NCBI GenBank assembly: GCA_945867235.1
Contig: CAMBHS010000001.1
Location: 3,839-67,838 of the forward strand
Reading direction: 5' to 3'
DNA from: Akkermansia muciniphila
GTDB taxonomy: Bacteria; Verrucomicrobiota; Verrucomicrobiia; Limisphaerales; SXQI01
Length of the DNA stretch: 64,000 nt
Below, one piece after another: positions 57,378 through 64,000 of this stretch (position 1 is the stretch's first letter; every line of letters starts with the position of its first letter). The position numbers and the translations under genes were made by a program. A model generated the notes under the pieces. That model saw only the letters and a list, made by a program, of their open reading frames with translations. It was not told the DNA's origin and searched no databases.

Positions 57378-60300
57378 ATGAGTTGTTGGAGAAACCAAGT
57401 CCTCAGAGCCGGGTATGTTAAGCAGGTAATTATTTTTCTGCTTTTCGTTTTCATTTTTTCAAATCGAATTCAGGCCGATCGTGGAGTTCTAGTGAGGGCA
57501 TTTCCTTTGGGTGAGGGGTATTATACCGCGCTCACCGTCAGTCCAAAAGGGCATGTGTTGGTCAACCATAGTGAATCCCCGATGGTGACGATTCTGGACG
57601 GATATGGGCAGCAAAACATTCCCATTCTTGGCACAGACAACACCAAGGTCTATGAAGGCCGCTCAGGTCAATTATGGACGGTGGATTCCCAAGGATTGCT
57701 GTTGTATGACCGAAACAAATGGACACAACACCCCGTGGCAGAGATCGCATTGGAGTTGCGTAATAATCCTAATTGGCAGTTACGTTCAATTTCCATAATC
57801 CCCGCCGAGTTAAATCATGTTCTGGTGCTGCTACCAAGTGCCTTGGTTGAGTATGATGCATGGACGCAGAAGTTAACTGTTCTAAAAAAGGCTGATGAAC
57901 TAAACATTCAAAGGTTTTTGGAAATGCAGGAAGCTTCTGATGGTGGGCTTTGGATGACAACTTCCGATGGGTTCATAAAGGTCGCACCACCCTTGCGAAA
58001 AATCACTCCAGATACAGATTGGCAACTTTATCGACTCCCAACGAATAGCAGAATTCATTCTTTACAGCGTCCTTTTGAGGATGCCCAAACCAATGTCATT
58101 TCTGTCGGATCACTTGAAGAAAGCCAAGGGCATAAAGCTGTCGTTCGTTTGAACAATGGCCAGATTGAAATCGAGCCACTCAACGAAGATCGCATAAGGC
58201 AGGTTTGGAAAGTTTGGGATAGGTCGGAATGGGCACTCTGCTATAGTTCGCTTCTCCGTCGTGATCCCATCAACCAGCCCTCCTTTGTCCGTCAACTGCA
58301 AGCCGGACCCAATTACGATGTCGCCGTTGAGACGAATGGCGTTTTTTGGATAGCCACCCCGGATGGAGTATCCCGTTATGCTCCAGCGTTATGGCGACCT
58401 CCAGTCAATGCATCCAGTTTCGAAGGATCGGTGCACGCAATTCATTTTGATGCCAAGGGCTCTGCTTATATCGCCGGTCCAGATGGGTTGTTGGTCTATC
58501 GAGAGCAAATGGGTTCGTTGGTTCGATGGCCGAATGACTTTGAACCTGCATTCCAGTTTTACGATTCGATCTATTCCTTGCCTGACGGACGATTGGCTCT
58601 TTCATCGAATGACCGATCGCTGATTTATTCGCCCTCAACCAAAACGATGAGTTCGATCGTTCACCCCGCCCAGCGATCTGTCAAAATCATCGGGCAATTT
58701 TCGGATGGGGTGCTCTGCGTCAAAACGACCAAAAAGGACAACCCTAATATTTTCCATATCGAAACTTATGATGGGAATGGGTTTCATCATTTTTTGGAGC
58801 CTGAGCCTGAGTGGTCATGGGGCAACGAGTTGTGGTTTATGACTCAGACTTCTTCTGGGGATGTCTGGTTGGGAGGTCCCGGTGGACTTGGGGTCAAACG
58901 GGAAGGAGAACGCACGATTACAACACAAGTCGTCGATACGGGGCTTATTGGGCAACGATTGACTTGTTTCGCCAACGTAAGTGCAGATCGACTTTGGGTG
59001 GGTACGTTGGATGGGATTTATGAATTGCGCGGAAGACAGTGGGAGTTGGTGTTGGGAGGATTGGAGCGTGTAAATTCCATTCAAAAAGGACGAGATGGTT
59101 CCGTGTGGGTGGCTACAGGCGGAGGAGTGCTGCATTTTGTGGGAGGAGTTTGGTTGACTCACGATTCGGAAGAAGGGTTGCCTTCAAGGGTTGTTTATGA
59201 TGTCTGCTTAGATAATCAGGGAAAGGTGTGGGTTGGAACCTCACGTGGTGTTGCTGTTTATCATCCTGAGGCAGACTTGGATCCACCTCGCACTTTACCG
59301 CCCTCAATTGAAGAAACAATGACCGCAGGTTCCGGAGTTTCGATCAGGTTTTCTGGTAAGGATAAATGGGATTACACCCAGAGTTCGCGTTTGTTTTTTT
59401 CCTACCGGCTTGATGAAGGATCGTGGTCGCCGTTCACCAACATCATCACTCAAAATATTCGTGAAGCGGGCGCGGGCGATCATATGCTCGAAGTGAGGGC
59501 GATGGATCGGAATGGAAATAAGGATGTCAGCTTCACATCCCTCGCATTCAAGGTGGTGATCCCATGGTTTCGGGATCCTAGACTGGTGGGAGTTAGTGTT
59601 TTAGGTTTGGCGATTATTTGTTTTCTCGCAGGATTAGCCGTCAATCGGCACCTTCGCTTGTTACGCAGTTATGCCGAGGTGGAAAAAATTGTCGCCCAAC
59701 GCACCCGTGAATTGGATAAAGCGAATCAGGACCTTTTGCATAGCCATAAAATGCGTGCACTCGGAACGTTGGCTGCCGGGATTGCCCACGATTTCAATAA
59801 TATACTCTCGATTGTTAAAGGTTCGGCACAAATCATTTCCTCTAATCTTGGAGACCCTGAAAAAATCCGCACTCGGGTTGATAGGATCGAGAAAGTCGTT
59901 GAACAAGGAGCTGGTATCGTCAGAGCCATGCTTGGATTGGGACGCGTCGAAGAGCGAACATTTGTTGAATGTGATTTGCACGAATTATTAGTGGATACCG
60001 TCCGACTATTGAGTGATCACGGTCTCCCCGCACAAGTCGTCCTACGTGTCCTTCCCGCGCCATCAAACTCTACCATTCCCTGCGCGAGGGAAGTGCTGCA
60101 GCAAATGCTTCTCAACCTCATTTTGAATGGTGTGGATTCGTTGCCAAGTCACGGAGAAATATTATTGTCGGTGGAAATGAACCCATCCTTACCCGAACGG
60201 ATGGTTCTCAAACCCAACACTGCACCGGACTACGCTTTTATCTCAGTTCGAGATAATGGAGTTGGAATTGCGCCTGAGGTGGTATTCCGAATTTTTGAAC

Positions 60301-60509
60301 CGTTTTACACCACCAAGGATCTTTCTGCTCGACGCGGCACAGGGCTCGGCTTATCGATGGTTTATGAGTTGGCTAAATCCCTCGGATTTGGACTCACGGT
60401 ACAAACGGCGGTCGGGAAAGGATCAACATTCATGATTCTTGTTCCATGCGGAAATGTTTCCAGATCCGGAGTAGAGTCTGAGACGTTGCAACATTCACCG
60501 AACTCATGA
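57378..60509 (+). CDS. sensor histidine kinase with a large periplasmic beta-propeller (Reg_prop repeats) and Y_Y_Y domain
   Basis: Signal/TM, then repeats such as GLWMTTSDGFIKV, VFWIATPDGVSRY, RLWVGTLDGIYEL, SVWVATGGGVLHF and KVWVGTSRGVAVY. The Y_Y_Y-like region is RLFFSYRLDEGSWSPF. A TM follows (LVGVSVLGLAIICFLAGLAV). H-box AAGIAHDFNNIL, N-box LNLILNGVDS, G-boxes DNGVGI and GTGLGLS. Confidence 0.9.
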   Translation: MSCWRNQVLRAGYVKQVIIFLLFVFIFSNRIQADRGVLVRAFPLGEGYYTALTVSPKGHVLVNHSESPMVTILDGYGQQNIPILGTDNTKVYEGRSGQLWTVDSQGLLLYDRNKWTQHPVAEIALELRNNPNWQLRSISIIPAELNHVLVLLPSALVEYDAWTQKLTVLKKADELNIQRFLEMQEASDGGLWMTTSDGFIKVAPPLRKITPDTDWQLYRLPTNSRIHSLQRPFEDAQTNVISVGSLEESQGHKAVVRLNNGQIEIEPLNEDRIRQVWKVWDRSEWALCYSSLLRRDPINQPSFVRQLQAGPNYDVAVETNGVFWIATPDGVSRYAPALWRPPVNASSFEGSVHAIHFDAKGSAYIAGPDGLLVYREQMGSLVRWPNDFEPAFQFYDSIYSLPDGRLALSSNDRSLIYSPSTKTMSSIVHPAQRSVKIIGQFSDGVLCVKTTKKDNPNIFHIETYDGNGFHHFLEPEPEWSWGNELWFMTQTSSGDVWLGGPGGLGVKREGERTITTQVVDTGLIGQRLTCFANVSADRLWVGTLDGIYELRGRQWELVLGGLERVNSIQKGRDGSVWVATGGGVLHFVGGVWLTHDSEEGLPSRVVYDVCLDNQGKVWVGTSRGVAVYHPEADLDPPRTLPPSIEETMTAGSGVSIRFSGKDKWDYTQSSRLFFSYRLDEGSWSPFTNIITQNIREAGAGDHMLEVRAMDRNGNKDVSFTSLAFKVVIPWFRDPRLVGVSVLGLAIICFLAGLAVNRHLRLLRSYAEVEKIVAQRTRELDKANQDLLHSHKMRALGTLAAGIAHDFNNILSIVKGSAQIISSNLGDPEKIRTRVDRIEKVVEQGAGIVRAMLGLGRVEERTFVECDLHELLVDTVRLLSDHGLPAQVVLRVLPAPSNSTIPCAREVLQQMLLNLILNGVDSLPSHGEILLSVEMNPSLPERMVLKPNTAPDYAFISVRDNGVGIAPEVVFRIFEPFYTTKDLSARRGTGLGLSMVYELAKSLGFGLTVQTAVGKGSTFMILVPCGNVSRSGVESETLQHSPNS

Positions 60510-61156
60510 AAAAATTGCAGATATTGATAATCGAGGATGACGATTTGCAGTATGAACTGTATGAGGATGCATTGTCCGATTATGAATTGGAACGTGCAAC
60601 CAGCGGCAGCGAAGCATTGCTGAAAATCGCGAAATCAATTCCACGACTGATCTTGCTTGATCACATTCTGGATCAAGGTGACATGGGACTGGATTACCTC
60701 CCAGAACTCAAAGAATTAGCCCCGCATATACCCATTATTTTGGTTTCTGGTGCGTTGGAATTTCAGCAACAGATCATGGCGTTGCAAGGACCACGCCGTG
60801 CTCATTATTGCCTGAGCAAACCGGTAGATCTCAATGTGTTGGTGCATACTGTTGAGGTCGCATTGAAGGAATGCGGGGAGCGAGAAGTTTTACGTGGGTT
60901 CGAAGCCCTCGAGAGGTCGAAACGGATCGACGCTGAATTTCTGTTCAGCAGATCGACGGATCGATTGAGTCGTCAATCTGAATTACGCAAGTTGGTCGTG
61001 GATTCCAAAGATCGCCCTAATGTGTCTGCCTTGGCTCGAGAATTCGGAGTGGCTCGTAAGACGATTATCCGCGATTTACAGGAACTGATCCGACGTGGAG
61101 AAATCAGACCTGAAATATTTCCCAAATGGGAACACGTGGACGAGGAAGATATCTAG
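60506..61156 (+). CDS. response regulator: receiver domain plus a C-terminal DeoR/HTH_11-like helix-turn-helix
   Basis: ILIIEDDD, LILLDHIL (phospho-acceptor Asp), ILVSG and CLSKP (conserved Lys). The C-terminal VSALAREFGVARKTIIRDLQELIRRGEI resembles DeoR-type HTHs. There is an ATGA overlap with the kinase gene. Confidence 0.8.
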   Translation: MKKLQILIIEDDDLQYELYEDALSDYELERATSGSEALLKIAKSIPRLILLDHILDQGDMGLDYLPELKELAPHIPIILVSGALEFQQQIMALQGPRRAHYCLSKPVDLNVLVHTVEVALKECGEREVLRGFEALERSKRIDAEFLFSRSTDRLSRQSELRKLVVDSKDRPNVSALAREFGVARKTIIRDLQELIRRGEIRPEIFPKWEHVDEEDI

Positions 61157-61190
61157 TCGCTCGTTTAGAAAAACTGATCCAGCTTCCCGA

Positions 61191-61403
61191 TCAAAGATTC
61201 GATTGCCGCGCCTTACGCCACTGGGCTCGGTGTTTAACAATCCAATCCGTCAAAGCTTGCTCGAAGCCTATGTCGTGCCCGATTTTTTCGGACTCAATCC
61301 ATTTGTGTTTCAAAATTTCGTCACGCTCGGCAAGGTATTCGCGATACAGCGAAGAGTTTTTGACTAGGTCATTACCGCTTTGTTGTTCAGTTGGCATAGG
61401 CAA
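61191..61403 (-). CDS. small conserved-looking hypothetical protein (70 aa)
   Basis: MPMPTEQQ...YREYLAERDEILKHKWIESEKIGHDIGFEQALTDWIVKHRAQWRKA. The HKW.ESEK.G.D.G...A..DW motif recurs in small bacterial proteins I cannot name with certainty. It is the last gene in the same orientation as mrp/DUF59. Confidence 0.45.
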   Translation of the reverse strand: MPMPTEQQSGNDLVKNSSLYREYLAERDEILKHKWIESEKIGHDIGFEQALTDWIVKHRAQWRKARQSNL

Positions 61404-61458
61404 AATGAATCAAATGATCACTGATTAATTGGACGAATCACTTTCGATAGAAATTGAT

Positions 61459-61818
61459 TTACGAGACCATCGGCGAATCAAGCCCTAGCTTTTTTCTTCC
61501 CTCTGCGGAAATCATGCTTTGATGCCATGGGGGATCCCAAACTAACTCCACATTCGTTTCCTCAACTTGGTCGAGAGCCAAGACTTTAGATTGAACATCC
61601 GCCGCAATTTGACCCCCCATATGGCAACCAGGTGCCGTTAATGTCATTTTTACATCGACCCTCGAACCTTCCAAAATGACATCATAAACCAACCCCAGAT
61701 CAACGATGTTCAAGGGAATTTCTGGGTCGAAACATTGACGCAATTGATCCCAAACATTCTGCTCGGATATGAGCGGAGAGCTTGTAGGTTGGGTATCGCT
61801 CGAAAGATCAGCACTCAT
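61459..61818 (-). CDS. DUF59/MIP18-family Fe-S cluster assembly protein (SufT/PaaD-like)
   Basis: VWDQLRQCFDPEIPLNIVDLGLVYDV...MTLTAPGCHMG is the DUF59 signature with its conserved Cys. Confidence 0.8.
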   Translation of the reverse strand: MSADLSSDTQPTSSPLISEQNVWDQLRQCFDPEIPLNIVDLGLVYDVILEGSRVDVKMTLTAPGCHMGGQIAADVQSKVLALDQVEETNVELVWDPPWHQSMISAEGRKKLGLDSPMVS

Positions 61819-61832
61819 CGGGTTACTTTAGG

Positions 61833-62870
61833 CTAGGGGAGTCGTTCCTGCAAGGAGCGAGCAATCTGCTGATAGGTTTGACCTGCATGACCTCTGGGAG
61901 AGGCAACCACAATTGGAACTCCTAGGTCTCCTCCTAATCGCAACTCAGTTAAGATTGGTATTTCACCTAAAAACGGAACCGCTTGCCGATCCGCCTCATT
62001 GCGACCGCCGCCATGTCCAAATATTTCGATACGCTCACCTTGTGGCGTCGTAAAGTAGCTCATGTTTTCGATAATGCCGAGAATGGGAACATTGAGTTTT
62101 TGGAACATCCCAATCCCTTTGCGAACGACCCCCAGAGAAGCCTCCTGAGGAGTCGTGACAATTACCCCGCCATCAAGTGGGACCGTCTGGCATAACGATA
62201 ATTGGGCATCACCTGTCCCCGGGGGGAGATCCACCAAAAGATAATCCAATTCGCCCCAAGCCACCGAAAAGAAAAATTGTTGAATGGTCTTCATGATCAT
62301 CGGGCCTCGCCAAATGATCGGTGAATCGCCTTCAACTAAAAAACCCATACTCATCAATTTGACCCCATGGTTTTCCAATGGAATCAACTGTTCCTTTTCA
62401 TTGATATTGGGTTTTCGTTGGATTCCCATCATGAGCGGAATGCTGGGACCATAAATATCGCAATCTAAAAGCCCAACTCGCAGTCCTAATAAACGAAATG
62501 CACACGCCAGATTTACGGAGGTTGTAGATTTGCCAACTCCTCCTTTTCCACTGGCCACAGCAATGATTCGCTTGATGCCTGTAACGCGACTTGTGTTAGG
62601 AGTCGAACTGGGTGCAGCCGTTCCACCGCTCGGTAGTGATACTTGAACAAAAACCTGTTGGACACCCGCGAGTGCTTGCAACACTCGTTCGCACTCTGTT
62701 TTTATTTGTCGGACAATATCAGGGGTTCCGGATGTGAGTTGTATCTGCACAGTCACAGCACCTTGTGACGCGGCTATATTTTTTACCAAACCGAATGAGA
62801 CGATATCGCGGGAGTAACCCGGGTATTTCACTGATTGCAGTGCCGCTTTTATTTCAGATTCGTTAACCAT
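61833..62870 (-). CDS. Mrp/NBP35/ApbC-family Fe-S cluster carrier ATPase with N-terminal DUF59 domain
   Basis: N-terminal IKAALQSVKYPGYSRDIVSFGLVKNI. The deviant Walker A is VASGKGGVGKSTTSVNLA, and DLPPGTGD is present. Confidence 0.9.
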   Translation of the reverse strand: MVNESEIKAALQSVKYPGYSRDIVSFGLVKNIAASQGAVTVQIQLTSGTPDIVRQIKTECERVLQALAGVQQVFVQVSLPSGGTAAPSSTPNTSRVTGIKRIIAVASGKGGVGKSTTSVNLACAFRLLGLRVGLLDCDIYGPSIPLMMGIQRKPNINEKEQLIPLENHGVKLMSMGFLVEGDSPIIWRGPMIMKTIQQFFFSVAWGELDYLLVDLPPGTGDAQLSLCQTVPLDGGVIVTTPQEASLGVVRKGIGMFQKLNVPILGIIENMSYFTTPQGERIEIFGHGGGRNEADRQAVPFLGEIPILTELRLGGDLGVPIVVASPRGHAGQTYQQIARSLQERLP

Positions 62871-63004
62871 TAAGAGTTTCAGATTAGCAGAGAATCCACC
62901 AACTGGCGATCAGAGAAAAACTGACAAGGGATACATTGTTGGACCGAGGCATATCGCGACATCGAAGGATCCACTATCGGTGGATTTGTTCCAAGGTCAC
63001 TTGA

Positions 63005-64000
63005 TCAAGGCGTAGTTCGTAGGACACGATAATAGCATCGCGTTTCTGATGATATCTGTTGTGATATTTCTGAAGCTAATCCTGTTGCCGTGATTTCCGT
63101 TAAATCACGCCAAGCCACTTCACTCAAATCTCGTTTATACTGAATTCGATAAATCCGTCTAGGTTCACTCATCCACTGAATTACGAGTTGGGTTGGATTT
63201 TCCAACAGGGCATGGAGACGCATGTTCCCTAAGCCTGCAACACCAAGATTGGATGACTGCGGGGTGGCTTTCGAAAGGAACCGTACTTCCAAGCCTCCAT
63301 CTGGCCAACGTCCTTGGCTTATATTGTTGGTTTGAATGCCAAATGTGATCGAATCGACTAATGAACCATTGGGCGCAAAAAGCAGGATATGGTCACCTCC
63401 ACGATCCAACTTAAAGGGAACATGGAGTTCCTTGGGATTGACCGGGCTTTCATCATCCGCCCAAACCATCATGAATCCATGTCCTTCAATTCGGAATCCA
63501 TTAGGAATGATGAATCGCTGACGAATATCAGCTGGATTATCAGAAAGCGCATAACCGGTAAGGTCGATGGGCGTGTTGTTGGGATTATAAAGTTCAATCC
63601 AATCATCAAAATCATTATCGGACGGATCCGGAATGGATTGATTGCTTGCCATCCATTCGTTGATGAAAACGGGTAACGCTGGTGCGGAGTTGTCATTCCG
63701 ACTTGCAGGAGTTGCGATATGAAATAGTTGGCTCTGATTTTCACTCGCGTCGGGATACCTTCCGAAGGAACGATCATGAGGAAGGCCGCTGTAATTGATG
63801 TAATCCAGAACCGCATCGCCGTTAACGCTGGGAAATACTAATGCCAACATGCCATCTTGGGGTGGCGGTCGAAAATTTGCGTGGATTGAAGTCTGAGTGG
63901 TCTCGCTCGATTGTCCATCCAGCCAAATCACCAAGAATTGCCCCGCCTCAATCGTAGTTCCAGTCGGGAAATTCCAACGTGCAAGATTGGTCGGGTTATC
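63005..64000 (-). CDS. lamin-tail-domain (LTD) repeat protein, C-terminal part; the gene continues beyond the right edge
   Basis: The LTD core is VFINEWMASNQ...DDWIELYNPNNTPIDLTGYALSD...FMMVWADD. The frame stays open to position 64000, and my translation there is DNPTNLARWNFPTGTTIEAGQFLVIWLDG, the end of another LTD. So the 'M' at 63934 in the track is an internal TTG codon. The C-terminal ~80 aa end in CYYRVLRTTP. Confidence 0.7.
   Translation of the reverse strand, partial: DNPTNLARWNFPTGTTIEAGQFLVIWLDGQSSETTQTSIHANFRPPPQDGMLALVFPSVNGDAVLDYINYSGLPHDRSFGRYPDASENQSQLFHIATPASRNDNSAPALPVFINEWMASNQSIPDPSDNDFDDWIELYNPNNTPIDLTGYALSDNPADIRQRFIIPNGFRIEGHGFMMVWADDESPVNPKELHVPFKLDRGGDHILLFAPNGSLVDSITFGIQTNNISQGRWPDGGLEVRFLSKATPQSSNLGVAGLGNMRLHALLENPTQLVIQWMSEPRRIYRIQYKRDLSEVAWRDLTEITATGLASEISQQISSETRCYYRVLRTTP

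Overview
This 64 kb window reads as a densely coding chromosomal segment that is mostly housekeeping. The gene repertoire suggests a PVC-group, Verrucomicrobiota-like bacterium: DUF2723-TPR giants, YncE-propeller/phosphoesterase fusions, lamin-tail-domain proteins, GldG/DUF4340 ABC modules, weak Shine-Dalgarno usage and several GTG/TTG starts. That placement is inference only, because no search was possible.

I support about 60 CDSs, one tRNA-Gln(UUG), one clear intrinsic terminator and a few stem-loops or operator-like palindromes. The landmark feature is a complete F1Fo ATP synthase operon, atpB-E-F-H-A-G-D-C (42.9-49.6 kb). Other confident calls are:
- citrate synthase (partial, missed by the ORF track), a GntP permease, a phosphohexomutase, nuoA and fabI
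- an M20 and two M42-type peptidases, ogt, hrpB, proB, mazG and rarA
- 5-formyl-THF cyclo-ligase, rny, a beta-carbonic anhydrase, arsC, a MIP channel and mntR
- a DHH phosphoesterase, rph, prmA, an Amidase_3 amidase, hemW, a sensor kinase/response regulator pair and Mrp/ApbC with a DUF59 protein

I see no CRISPR array, IS element, integrase, reverse transcriptase, recognisable toxin-antitoxin pair or canonical phage-defence cassette.

Nothing here is a demonstrably new system from sequence alone. The stretches most worth follow-up are:
1. an SPFH (YdjI-like) protein with a C-terminal excisionase-type HTH, coupled to a double zinc-ribbon membrane protein
2. an ECF sigma/anti-sigma pair translationally coupled to a 1152-aa DUF2723 (TMEM260-like GT-C)/TPR protein
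3. a MntR - S15 hydrolase - NIP-like aquaporin (NPA/NPV) - ArsC gene string
4. a zinc-ribbon membrane mini-protein coupled to a 742-aa propeller/alpha-helical exported protein
5. a propeller/Y_Y_Y kinase paired with a REC-DeoR-like-HTH regulator

Several ORF-track starts were trimmed to internal ATGs where the N-terminal extension was clearly spurious.
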